DNA of 61,758 nucleotides, the filler included, from Ionaspis alba (Eukaryota): the NCBI GenBank assembly GCA_964255285.1. It is 10 parts of 10 records of this genome, joined end to end, with 100 filler letters (N's around TTAATTAATTAA, not from the genome) between each part and the next. Parts side by side here need not be neighbours in the genome. Positions count along the whole stretch, not along the records: positions 49,537 to 55,601 come from CAXUUL010000955.1; positions 55,702 to 61,758 come from CAXUUL010000956.1; 8 more parts are not named here. One strand, 5' to 3'. The first letter of the stretch is position 1. Each line of letters starts with the position of its first letter. Below the pieces are notes generated by a model that was given only the letters and a program-made list of their open reading frames with translations, searched no databases and had not been told where the DNA came from. This document shows, piece by piece, positions 49,909 to 61,758 of this stretch. The translations under genes and the position numbers were made by a program.

Positions 49909-51554
49909 TCACTGAAAACTCCTCCCCAACACCCCCTCCATCCTCCCCTCCAAATCAAGTACACACTGCCCAAACAACCCATTCGCCCACGAAAACCACT
50001 GCCTCGTCCAATCCCTCTCATCCCGCGCATTCACACTCTCATGCACCAACCCCAACCCATCCGTACTACCAACAATCTCCCTCAACACCTCCACAACCTC
50101 CGTCTCATTCTCGCTCGTCAAAATACGCACGATGCTCGCCATCGGCCACGCATACCCGGGTCCATTATGCGGACCTCCAATGGCGTTGATGACGGGTCCG
50201 CGCATGAAATAAGGATTCCCGGCGCTGAGGATGACTTTTCGTGTGGCTTGGTAGAGGGAGTCGGAGCGGGGGATGCCGCCGCTTAGGGGCGAGCTGAGGA
50301 GGGAGGGGATGTTGGCGTCGTCCATTAGGGAGATGGAGCCGTAGCCGTCGACTTCGTAGGCGTAGATTTGGCCGTAGGTGGGGTGGGTGAAGGTGCCGTG
50401 GGTTGAGATGGCGGATTGGAGGGTTGAGGAGAGGGTGAGCATTTGGGTTGCGAGGGAGGTTTGGGAAGGGAGGAGGTGCATGATGGTGGAGGTTGTGGAG
50501 AGGTAGTGGGAGAACATGAGGTTGGCGGGGATGAGGAATTGGTCTGGAGAGGGGTGGTTAGTGAGATTGTGGGAGGGATGGGAGAGTGGGACGGACAGAT
50601 GGTGGCGTCGTCGGAGGGTCTGAAGGCGGACCGGATCAGGCCTGTTCCTCCTTGCACTGGGTTGCCGATTCCATCGTTCTCGAGGGTTTCTGAGGCACGG
50701 CTCGTCTTTCGAGTGAAAGTGTAGGGGCTTACGTTGACGCTGCCGTTTGCGGCGTAGGTTGGTGTCATCATTGCCTCGGCGACACCTAGCACGGCTTTGA
50801 CAGCGTCGACCCATTGGTATTTTTGGAAGAAGGCGATGTCTTTGGTGGCTTCGTAGTAGTTCGTGGAGATCTCCAGGAAGGCCGCTAGAGAGTCCAATTC
50901 GTATTTGCATTCGAAGACAGATTGGTTGTTGTAGGATGGCTTGACGACATCGTTGCTTGCTGCGGAGTTAGCGGAGGGTGGAATGCCAGATTCCACGGGT
51001 GGCTGGAACGAGTTACAGTAGGGCGAGGTGAGGAGGTAGCGGGATTGCAAGTTGATGACCCCACGGTACAACGATGCCAGGGAGTTTGGTGAGGAGGAGG
51101 CTTTCAGAAGGGGGAGGTAGGACTGCATTTGGTTGGCCGAATCTCGGAGCCACATTGCGTTGCTGAAGCATAATCAGTACGGTGGGAAGGCATACAACTA
51201 GAAGGAGGATGCAAACATATCGCCAGTAATCAGGAACGTAAGCTCTTCATCAGTCCCATTCGCGTAGCCCTTCCACTTAACAGCAGTGTCCAGCGTATTC
51301 GGAAAGCTATTCTCAAAGAGACGGTAAAGATCTGGATCAGCAATTTTGGACTTCAGGCGCTTGATAGTAAACTCGACGTCAGGAGAAATAAATGTGCGGC
51401 ACTGTGGATCAGGACGCTGGTAGGATAAGTTATATCGTCCTGTTGAGAATGGAGCATGATGTTCTTTGGCATAATCAAGGTAGTCTGGACAATTTTGAGC
51501 AAGAGGAGGAGTAGCTATGGCCAGAAGACCAAGAACTAGCAGTATGAAATACAT
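49909..51554 (-). CDS. Glycoside hydrolase family 125 (exo-alpha-1,6-mannosidase-like, DUF1237), secreted, 3 exons
   Basis: RLFENSFPNTLDT, ITGDI.AMWLRDSANQ, ECKYELDSLA, SAFRPSDDA, AYEVDGYG..MDDANIPSLL, WTRQWFSWANGLF. Confidence 0.94.
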
Positions 51555-52023
51555 GATGAAGCCTTCAATATAGGCTTCAAACAGCAGTAGCAGATTTTAG
51601 AGCGTAGATGCATTGAGGCCACGAAGCAATATATAAGAAATTTCGGCGACCTGGTGGTCACGAATAATAGACCGGTGGGACATTGATTCCTCCGCTCATT
51701 TCTCATCTCAACTCACCACCAGCCGTGTCATCCGAGCCCTTGTGCGTCTATAAGTGACGATGATCATTGTGGGGATGATCAGCAGGGCTTTTGATGTTGA
51801 CAAGGGCAAAGGCACGAGGGATCACAAACCCGATAACCCCACCATTTTCGGGTCCAAGCTTTGTGCTGCGGGGTGGCTGCATTAGCTTCAACATGGATCA
51901 TGGTTAAAGATCTAGTGGGCTGACATCACGTTTTCGATATCAACGAATACCAGATCGTCGAATTGCCCAATCTTCATCGCCAAATCTCGTGCGTGAAGCT
52001 GCGGGCTCGTTTCCGTCTTCAAC

Positions 52024-55000
52024 ATGGCGTACATTGCTCCGATACACCGCCCAAGCAGCGTCCGGCACGCTCTCAAGCTAAATTTCCTCGATGCTAATGA
52101 AGAATGCTTGGTTGTCGCGTCAGTCCATGTCTCGAAAATGTCAACCACTTGGCTGACGCGTTGGCAGAAAATCGAATCGCTTGGAGATCTATAACCAGGC
52201 CACAGATGGTCTAACACTGAAGCATACACGAGCTGTCTATGGCAAGATCACGATGCTGCAGAAGTTGCGGCCTGCATCCTCTCCTACAGATCACCTATTT
52301 GTCGGCACGGATCGCAGCACGTACTTCACTGTTTCCTGGGACCCTTCGACGAGGCAGCTGAAGACGGAAAAGAGCTTTGTGGATCTGGCGGACAAGACGG
52401 GGAGGGATTCTCAGTCTGCGGATAGATGTCTGGTCGAACCTACGAGGAAATACATAACCCTCGAACTTTTCGAGGGCATTATCACCGTCCTTCCAGTTGT
52501 ACGGAAATCCAGAAAGAAGGGAGACCCGGAAATTGGAACGTTAGGGGAGCCCGTCCCGGTCAGAATATCCGAGCTCTTCGTACGCTCTTCCACCTTCCTC
52601 CATTCACGAAATCTATGTGCGCCAAAGGAGAAACCGAAGCTCATGTTCTTGTATGAGGACAACCAGCAAAAGGTTCGGCTGAAACTCCGAGCCTTGGACT
52701 ATGCAGCAGGAGGGAGTGGAGAGCCAGGGAGTGCGGACCTGGATGAGCAGCCGCTCTCGTTTGACGACATTGATCCTGGTGCAAGCCATCTTATCCCGGT
52801 TCCTGCGCCAGCTTACGGACTTCTGATATTGGGAGAAACATCAATCACATATCTGGATGAAGTCTCGAACGAATCTATGATCGAGCCATTGAAGGAGGCC
52901 ACTATATTCGTTGCTTGGGAACAGATAGATACACAAAGATGGTTGCTCGCTGACGACTACGGCCGGCTATATTTCCTCATGCTGTTATTAGATGGAGAAA
53001 ATGTTACGGGATGGAAGCTTGATTTTCTTGGAAATACATCGCGAGCATCTGTATTGGTTTATCTAGATGATGGATTTGTTTTCGTTGGCTCCCATCAGGG
53101 AGATTCTCAAGTCATCAGAATTCAGGAAAAGTCTATCGAAGTCGTACAGGTCCTATCGAACATTGCTCCTATTTTGGACTTTACTATCATGGATATGGGT
53201 AGTCGGGCAGGAGATGGGCAAACGAATGAGTATTCTTCGGGGCAGGCACGGATTGTTACTGGCTCAGGAGCTTTCCAGGATGGGAGTCTGCGCAGTGTTA
53301 GAAGTGGTGTGGGCTTGGAAGAGCTAGGGAACCTTGGAGATTTGGGTCACATCAATGATCTCTTTTCATTAAGATCAACCTCTGACGCGGAGAAGTCGGA
53401 TGTATTGGTTGTTTCTTCCATTGGAGAGACCAGGATATTTGCTTTTAGCGTCGAGGGAGAGGTCGAGGAGACGGAAGATTACAAGGGCTTTATTTTGAAC
53501 AAGAGCACGCTACTCGCCAAGAACCTGACCGGAAATCGACTTCTGCAGGTAACAGCCACGTCTGTCCAGATCAGCGAACTGGATGGCGGCATGACGACAG
53601 CCAGATGGACACCACCCAGTGGACAGACGATAGTCGCCGCATCGTCAAATGATCAACACCTCGCTCTCTCCATTGGCGGCATTGAGATAGTCATCCTCGA
53701 TCTTGCTACAGACCTTCGAGTAGTATCACGAAAGACGTTCGATCTCGGAAGCCAGATCGCCTGTGTCGAACTCCCTGATATCATCGTTGGCATCTGTCTT
53801 GTCGGCTTCTGGCAAAGTACGACAATTCTAATATTGAATATCGAAACACTGGCAGTCCTCCAGTCATCGGTAATAATAGAAGACGATATATCTGTTCCAC
53901 GCTCGATCCTCCTTACACAAATACTTTCCGACCATCCTCCAACATTGTTCATTGCGTTGGCAGATGGCAACGTGGTAACCTTTAACTTCGACATCACCAG
54001 CTATGCTCTTTCGAGCAGGAAGAGCACCGTCTTGGGCACCCAACAGGCAAATTTCAAAGCCCTCCCAAGGGAAGCCGGCCTGTTCAATGTTTTTGCAACA
54101 TGCGAACATCCCAGTCTAATCTACGGCTCCGAGGGCCGAATCATCTATTCTGCCGTCACGGCCGAAAACGCCTCGTGTATCTGCCCTTTCGACACAGAGG
54201 CATATCCGGGAGCAATTGCCGTCGCTACTTCGGAAGATCTGAAAATCGCTCTCGTAGACGCCGAGCGGACAACGCACGTGCAGACTTTGCCGATTGGGCA
54301 AACGGTCCGCCGGATAGCATACTCCACGAGTTTGAAGGCCTTTGGATTAGGCACTATTCAGAGAACGTTGAAAGACGGAGTCGAGATCGTGCAGAGCCAC
54401 TTCAAACTGGCCGACGAGGTTATCTTCAAGGAGCTGGACTCCTATGAACTTAATGAGGATGAGCTTGTGGAGAGTGTCGTCAGAGCAGACCTTGAAGAAA
54501 GCTCGAAAAAGCCCGTCGAGCGGTTTGTGGTCGGCACAGCCTATCTTGACGATGATCAACCCGATGCCATACGTGGTAGACTCATCGTCTTCGAGGTGAC
54601 GCAGGACAGGAAGCTGAAAGTCGTCACCGAAGTAGCTCTCCGAGGTGCATGCCGAGCTCTGGGCGTCATAGACGGGAAGATAGTCGCCGCTCTCGTCAAG
54701 ACAGTAAGTCCATCAAGCCCCCCCTTATGCTCATACTAAGTCGATATATCAGGTCGTCATCTACGCCTTCGAATTCGGCGCCCTTGGCAAAGTCGCCTCC
54801 TACCGCACGTCCACCGCCCCCATCGACGTCGCCGTCACGGGTAACCAGATCGCCATCGCCGACATCATGAAAAGCGTCTCCATCGTGCAATACAAGCGCG
54901 GCAATAACGGGGAGAAAGACACTCTCTCCGAAGTCGCGCGGCATTTCCTTACCGCCTGGGGAACAGCTGTGGCGCATATTGATGACAATACATATCTCGA

Positions 55001-55539
55001 GAGTGACGCTGAGGGTAATCTGATGGTGCTTCATCAGAACACCAATGGAGTAACCTTCGAAGATCGGCGGAGGTTGGAAGTCACGAGTGAGATCCAGCTG
55101 GGCGAGATGGTGAATCGAATACGGAGGGTCAATGTCCCTACTTCTGTGAACGCGACGGTGGTGCCGAGGGCGTTCATGGCTACGGTGCGTCTCCCCTTCC
55201 CGCCCCACTCCCTTCCATCACAAACTGACACCCTTACAGGTCGAAGGCTCCATCTACCTCTTCGCTCTCATCCGCCCTTCCAAACAAGACCTCCTCATGC
55301 GGCTGCAATCCGCCATCGCTGCTTTCGTGCACAGTCCGGGGAATATCCCGTTCAATAAGTTCCGCGCGTTCAAGAACGAGGTCAGGGAAGCGGAAGAACC
55401 GTATCGGTTTGTGGATGGGGAATTGATTGAGAAGTTCTTGGATGTGGAGGCGGGGATGCAGGAGGAGATTGTGAAGGGGTTGGGGGTTGAGGTCGAGGAG
55501 GTGAGGGCGATGGTGGAGGGGTTGAGGCATTTGCATTAG
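52024..55539 (+). CDS. ddb1: DNA damage-binding protein 1 (CUL4 adaptor), 4 exons
   Basis: MAYIAPIHRPSSVRHA, FVGSHQGDSQ, NIAPILDF, GQARIVTGSGAFQDGSLRSVRSGVG, FVVGTAY, ADIMKSVS, RFVDGELIEKFLD, ends VEGLRHLH*. Confidence 0.96.
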
Positions 55540-57201
55540 GGGGGGATTGTGTGGTTGGGGAGTTTGAGAGTTGTTTATAGAGAGTGGTGGAGTTGATGTA
55601 TNNNNNNNNNNNNNNNNNNNNNNNNNNNNNNNNNNNNNNNNNNNNTTAATTAATTAANNNNNNNNNNNNNNNNNNNNNNNNNNNNNNNNNNNNNNNNNNN
55701 NCACAGCCTTCCTTCTACGAATCTCCACTACCTGTGTTCTGAACCTTCAGTCGAACGTAGGAGGCTTCCCGCATGAACATTTCCATTTTCTCCATCTCTT
55801 GCAGCTTACCTGGAATTTCTTGGCTCTGCTTGTAAGTAATAGCACTCAGCATTTGATTGTCAATCGCTCCATTTCTTTCTCACAAGAAACGTCCACTCCT
55901 TGCGTCTTCTGCCTTCTTAAAGCGACCAAATACCATTAGAATCCTCCAGATTTATCTCAGACCCAGAAGAGGGCCTTCAGCCAGGTTCTCCGTCAATCAC
56001 ATGAGTTAGCTACCCTAACCAGAGCAAGGCTTCCAGCAGCGCGCAGCTCGCATTGTCCCAGTGCCCTTCAGCTTCGCTCATCATCTGCCGTTCAGATGGT
56101 GTCCACCACGATTACCGCATCACCTAAAAGGTCTTCGGCTCATATTTTGCCACTGAAAATCTGGCCATCGAATCCTAAAAGGACATGCATTTCAACAATC
56201 TGTGGTCCTACTACCAATCACTGGTCGTAGGGATCATTTCGTAGACAGCTTAATGCTGGAGCTCAAGAAGGATCGAGCCAGCGCTAGCGGCTCAGGTTCG
56301 AGGACCTGCAGCGCTGGAACATCGAGCAGCTTCGGTGCATTTGGGGGGATTGGGTTGCTTGACTTGCCGTGCAGCTTGACTACGCAGATGAGTTAGCAGC
56401 AAATGGTTCGGATGGTGAAGAAAGAAATCGAGAATGTCTCGAAAGTGGATGTAAACTTTGCGACCGGATTGGCCGTTGGACTCGAGATGAGAGGGGAACC
56501 TATGACTGGGCTGAGGATGATTGAGCATGGTAGCAAGATGCCCGTGAGACTGGAGAGCTGGAAAGGTGAGCGTGGCTCGGTTGTGCTTGATGAAGATACT
56601 GGTCAAAGGATCCATACAACACGGCTCAAGGGATGGTATTAAACCTCGGTGGAGCGACGAGAAGTCATGATCAAATGGCTTGCACGTATCAAATGGAGTT
56701 TCTGTTGAATGGCAACGTCAAGTTGCAGCATGTTTGTAGATTTTGACTGACGCTGCGCCATATCCTTGCATATCTTGGCAATCCTTCGGCGCATCCTCCT
56801 TCCCGCTGATTTGGCCGAGCATCATCTCATGCAGTTTGCATCAACAATGATGATATCCCCCAGCAGCCCTTCATTCCAAGCGGAATGAGGCGCGTCGCTT
56901 GCCTCAACGGTAGCCTGATTCCGCAGTGGCACAACTTACGAGGTACAATGTGGCACGGGCTGCGAGATGCGGGAAGCCGCAATGATATCTCATGGGTTGA
57001 TTGGACAGGAGAATATATTTCGCTGCAGGAGGCCGCCACACAGCCTTGGTGATACCCACCATAATGTCTGTTCATTCTGTTCTGTCTTCTCTATTCTTCT
57101 TGACGTGCTGGTCTGCAATGCAGAACCTGCTCTTGCAGCATGGCTGGGTTCGCCAGAAATTTATAATACATGTTTTGATTCCCTAGCATTTGAGAGAGAG
57201 T

Positions 57202-60115
57202 ATGGATCCTGCTTCTGCGGCCGTCGCCTCTGTGGGCTTTGCCGCCAGCCTAGCAACACTCGTGGCAGTTGTTGTCGACTCGACGAAGACGCTGTATAAT
57301 CTTCAATCACAGCTGAGAAACGCACCGGAAAATGCTCAACGGCTCTACCGCCAGCTCCAGTTTTTGGAACAGCTGCTCCGACAGATAGAAGCAAAGTCAG
57401 CGAGTCTTGAAGCTCAGAATGTTCCGCAAGAGTTGCAAGAGATATGGAAAAGCATTGTGGGAGAACTTGAACGTGATATGAACAATTTCAGAAATGGGGC
57501 ATCGAAGCTGTTGCAACAGCTCAAGGTACCATCATTGTCAACGAAGATGGTACGCCTGCGGATCAAGACCTTTCTCCGAGAAGACGGCGTGGAAAAGTTT
57601 GCGCACCGCATCACTTTACAGCAAGAGACGTTGAAGTTGGTATTGTTGCTTATAGACGAGTACGCACCATTTTCACCAGTCTTGGTGCTTTATACTGACT
57701 GAGGCATGGCTCAAGCCAAAAGCTTGATGGGCTGGCGTACCGCAGTAGGAGACTTGAAGATCTCACCGCCGCTGGCACTCAGTCTATATGCTCGCAATTG
57801 GAGCAAAACCACCAATCACAGCAGCAGGCAGTGGCACTTTGCAGCGACCAAGTCCAAGCCCTACATAAGCAGCTCGGAATCGGCCTTTTCCAAGCAAGTA
57901 CTGTTGGCAGCCAGTCAGTCGAAAGTCGAGGTCGCTGTCGACAAAGGGGTACTCGGACCTTCATGGCGGCCCCGGTTTACTGGCATTTGGTCCATCGTTC
58001 ATTACCGTTTGGACGACTGGACATCGGAGTCCTCTGGAAGGAAGCAGACGACGTGTCTGACGAGGCCAGAGACGGTGGATCGTGGGCGGCTAGAATTGTC
58101 GTAACTTTCATTCCACCGAACTGGCTGTCTAACAACATGCTTGAATATATCTTGGAGGCTCGTGGTTGTCCCAATACTGCTCTGCCGAGCCTGGGTATAA
58201 ATATGAACCCGAAATCAGTCAATCATAACCCTTTGCTCCGCCGTGCGCTAGACGAGAATGACCTTGCTAGCCTGAGAGGCCTCGTAAGCGATAGGCTGGC
58301 ACGACCAAACGATCATGTATTAGATAGTTGGGGCCGTTCAGTATCTCTTCTTGATGTAAGTGGACTATATCCAACCGCTACCAGTCTTCAGCTGATACCA
58401 TTAGTATGTTGTCTTATATGGTTCTCACAAAATGACTTGTTTCAATTTCCTGTTCGAAGCCGGAGCCACCCTCAGGTATGGAAGCCATACCTTAAGTGGT
58501 GTGTATGCTGATTACGAGCAGTAATCATGGAACGAAAGAACTTTGCCGCAGTATGGGATGGAGGAGGAAAGAAAATCCTCAAGTCTTCCATGCACGGGAA
58601 TTTCTCAACTACTTTTCCACTCGTGGCGGAACAGTGGTAGGTGGCGAGGAACCCCTTTGGGCAATTGGCAACACGAATTTGACGAAGCTCGTATCTTGTG
58701 CCGAGGATGCGTATGGCTTTCAGTATTTGCAAGATTGTGTATTGAGTCAGTCGGAGCCATGGTCCGTGGAGGAGCTAGCTCCAATTGATATCTGGTTGAT
58801 CGGCATTTTAGCTTACACAGATGTCTCTTTCCGGAAGCGACTTGACACCTATCTAGACGCCTATCACACGAATGACACTGGGACGTCAGTATCTTGTGGG
58901 ATGACGACCCAATATTATTTCGGCATTGATACTGTTATTGCTCAGGTCCAGAATGCTGACCAGAAGGCACGGTTCAACTTCTTTGTTATCTTAGCAACGG
59001 CTGGCACACCTTCAATGCTACAACCTTTCATCAACGCAGGTATGGATATCAATGAGGGAGGCCTGAACGCGAGCTTCCTTGGAGCTGCAGCTCAGCGCGG
59101 AAACCGAGATACTGCCAGACTCTTAATGGAAGCGGGTGCCTGCGCAACTTCAGCAATACCAACCATTTTAGTGCTGGGTGGCCCACGGGCGGATTCTGAG
59201 CTAGAGTATTTCCTCGCTACTCTGTCGAAATGTAGTGTTGCTCCAACACCGGGAGTTGGATATGATGACCCTTTGTTCAATGTGCTCACAAATCCACGGG
59301 TTAAGAAAGTCTGTCCTCGGGCCTTCAAGAACCTTTGGGAGAATCAAGTCTTCTCTGACGAAATGCTGTATGGAAGCAAAACGCTATCTGCCCAAACAAG
59401 TTACATGTACCATGCTATTACCAAGACCTGGCATCAAGCGATTTACCATTTCCTGGCACATGGTGTTCCGCCCAATGCGCAAATAGGAAACCTCTTCGCG
59501 AGTGATTCGGCGCTCGGTCAGCACACCTGGTTGACTTTAGCGGTTGAGTGCGGGAATGCACCCTGTGTGGAAATGATGATTCAATTTGGCGCCGATATTT
59601 CACTTGCCGATGGATCCGGTAGGACTGCCCTGCAAATTTCTAGGTCTAACGCAGCCGCAGAGCACCCTAGAAAACTTGACGAGGACGTACTCTACCTTAG
59701 ATCGGGGGTTGATGCTGCACAGGATGTTGGAGTCCTAGAAGTCCCAGAGAAGGCGCTAGAATCTCCCTCCCTAGCTAAAGCTACCAGAACGAGGCGCTTG
59801 AAGAATACTACGGAGTCCATGGATCCACAGCTCCCCACTCCTGGTCGAATAGTTCGACAACTACACGCTCTCCTTCAGCTGCAAGCATTCGAGCAACTGC
59901 TACAGCAGTTTTGGCACAAGCTCCAAAAGCTTTCACATCAAGCCTTTCGAGATGCCCTTTTGATCAGGTTAGCTTTTGTGGTGTCTTACTTCATACTGTT
60001 TGTCTTGGAGGCGGCTTCTATCATTATGTGGATGAGAGCGCTTCCACGCCCGCCAAAATCCATCGTTTGGGTCATCCCTGTACTTACACTTGCCCTGGCT
60101 TGGGGCATGCGATGA
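57202..60115 (+). CDS. HeLo-like N-terminal domain + ankyrin repeats + two C-terminal hydrophobic helices, no NOD; 4 exons
   Basis: MDPASAAVASVGFAASLATLVAVV..NAPENAQRL. In-frame introns 57660-57715, 58356-58404 and about 58476-58521. Ankyrin repeats FLGAAAQRGNRDTARLLMEAGA and WLTLAVECGNAPCVEMMIQFGADISLADGSGRTAL. Tail LAFVVSYFILFVL / IVWVIPVLTLALAW. Confidence 0.8.
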
Positions 60116-60822
60116 CTACAAGGTCATCTCGTCATGAGCAGAGAATTCTGGGGATTTACTCTTGGCCTCGACACTCGCGCTCTGGTACTGACATGTGGTG
60201 CGCGGCCAGCCGTTATCGGCCACGAGCTCGTGCACGCCATCCCTGCCTTATTGTATCGTGGAATCACACAAGAAGCGTAATCCGCCTGACATGTTATGCT
60301 TGTTCGAAACTTGGAAGAGATCGAGAATCGATGGGAACTGCACATCGAGGCGTGTTCTCCTCAACTGCGGTGGCAGCATTTCTGCCGGATTCATGTCTCA
60401 CAGAACATTTGAAAGCTCTGAAATAAGTCTGACAGGATCTCCGTACCGAAGGTCCTATTCCGTACTTGACGAGTCAGAAAATAAGATGATCACTTCATGC
60501 ACGCATGTTATCAACACGAGTCGCGTCACTCGAGCTTTGAGCATCTACTGCATAGAAGATAGAAAGTTCTAGCACTAGCTTAGACACTCGATACAGAAAT
60601 CCAGAGTGCCGACGTAATTGTAATCACATACATGCACCAATGCTTCGGACTGTAACTTGGTAACACAAAATTGGCTTGCTCCTAGGTATTCCTCCGCAAT
60701 CCGCGCAACTACAGCCACATCGCCGCTAAAGTCGACAATTCTTACTCCGTGTGGGGAACCTTCCAGCGCTATCAACCCAAATCTCACTGGCATCGCCATC
60801 TCGATTTCAGGTACATCCAGCC

Positions 60823-61498
60823 ATGGTGGAACAAAAGGAGGTAATCGTAGATCACCTGATAAGCGCCTGGCATGTCGATCAGTCTATTGTAAGTCCTGCA
60901 ATGCACACTTCCGCAGTTGTACGCCGTCGCTCACGAATGTACTGCAGATGGAGGAACAAGAGCGTCTCGTAGTTATTCGCTTCGGTCGCTCTTGGGAGCC
61001 AGAGTGTATGAGACAGGATGAAATTCTCAAAAGTAAGGCATTCATCTATCAAGCTCCTGAAACTTGCTAACATTTTGAAAGAGGTTGCCGGCCTTGTCAA
61101 GAACTTTGCCATCATCTATTTTTGCGATCTAGATCTAGTAGGCGACTTCAATCAGATGTATGAGCTCTGGGACCCTGTCACTATAATGGTATGGCCATTG
61201 TGCCTCCCTGTATCGCTCCACAATTGCTGACAAGATCCAGTTCTTCTTCCGCAATAAACACATGATGTGCGATTTTGGAACGGGGAACAATAATAAGATA
61301 AACTGGCTATTGGAGGACAAGCAGGAGATGATAGACATCATGGAGACGATATATCGAGGGGCTAAGAAGGGAAGGGGCTTGGTCGTCAGCCCAAAAGGTG
61401 TGTCCGCCCTATTCCAAGAGGGGCGTGGATCATACGATCAGACGAAAGCTCGAGGCTAACTAGCATCTACAGACTACTCTACTCGCTACCGGTACTAG
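60823..61498 (+). CDS. dim1: Dim1/Dib1 thioredoxin-like U5 snRNP protein, 5 exons
   Basis: HLISAWHVDQSI, ERLVVIRFGR, VKNFAIIY, FFFRNKHMMCDFGTGNNNKINW, ETIYRGAKKGRGLVVSPK|DYSTRYRY* (TAG 61496-61498). Confidence 0.93.
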
Positions 61499-61588
61499 GT
61501 GGCGAAGGTGCATGGTATGCTCCGGCATCGATCCAGTGGCCTGTCATCCAGAATCGCTGGGCAGGCACCTGAATATCTATGATGCAGG

Positions 61589-61758
61589 CTAGTACCATGT
61601 CCTCTCCTTCTCGAAATCTACATCCGTGCTCACGAGTTCCTTCAGGCCTGCAGAGTTAAGGTCTGGGCTCTCGGGCGATCGATGGGAGCAAGATTGCTCT
61701 AAACACAGAGTAATGAGGTCCAAGAGTATGACTGACAAGAGAGGGGTGGCCTCCCAGG
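61589..61758 (-). CDS. Possible 3' end of an unidentified gene entering from the window edge
   Basis: Frame open for about 56 codons, ending ...ELVSTDVDFEKERTWY*. No recognisable motif. Confidence 0.25.
   Translation of the reverse strand, partial: WEATPLLSVILLDLITLCLEQSCSHRSPESPDLNSAGLKELVSTDVDFEKERTWY

Noticed and set aside
10165..55539. Ubiquitin/proteostasis gene cluster (sconB, CHIP, sil1, ddb1)
   Set aside because: The genes lie on different scaffolds; co-occurrence is an artefact of concatenation.
6116..55701. TTAATTAATTAA recurring every ~6.2 kb as a periodic biological repeat or array
   Set aside because: Always embedded in N runs totalling exactly 100 nt; a synthetic six-frame stop linker.
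56010..56022. ACCCTAACC as a telomerase RNA template
   Set aside because: A single 9-mer is expected by chance in 60 kb, and I could see no pseudoknot or other TER element.

Overview
Eukaryotic, intron-containing DNA from a filamentous ascomycete (Pezizomycotina, judged from gene content and GT..CTAAC..AG introns). The window is not one locus. It is ten unrelated scaffolds of steadily decreasing length (6115, 6109, 6102, 6090, 6086, 6083, 6076, 6075, 6065, 6057 bp) joined by 100-nt linkers (N-run/TTAATTAATTAA/N-run), so gene order across a linker means nothing. About 27 protein-coding genes are recognisable. Most are housekeeping: M20 peptidase, HAD hydrolase, atg17, sconB, DUF2408, YCII, pcs60, SPF45-like, cgr1, reg1, 2OG-Fe(II) dioxygenase, mannose-1-P guanylyltransferase, ctr86/ataxin-10, CHIP, Nudix, rpiB, two GPI proteins, complex I 17.8 kDa subunit, sil1, GH125, ddb1, dim1. 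Accessory genes are a divergent pair of cytochrome P450s and two HeLo-like/ankyrin proteins without a NOD domain. Most notable: (1) recurring ~1 kb mirror-image composition domains, C/A-rich then G/T-rich, that ignore gene orientation and coincide with assembly breaks; (2) a candidate NOD-less HeLo-like immune/cell-death protein family with a shared unnamed central domain; (3) a P450 pair including a CYP7/8-type enzyme lacking the catalytic Thr; (4) an unusually diverged Dim1. No tRNA, rRNA, CRISPR array or intact transposon was seen.
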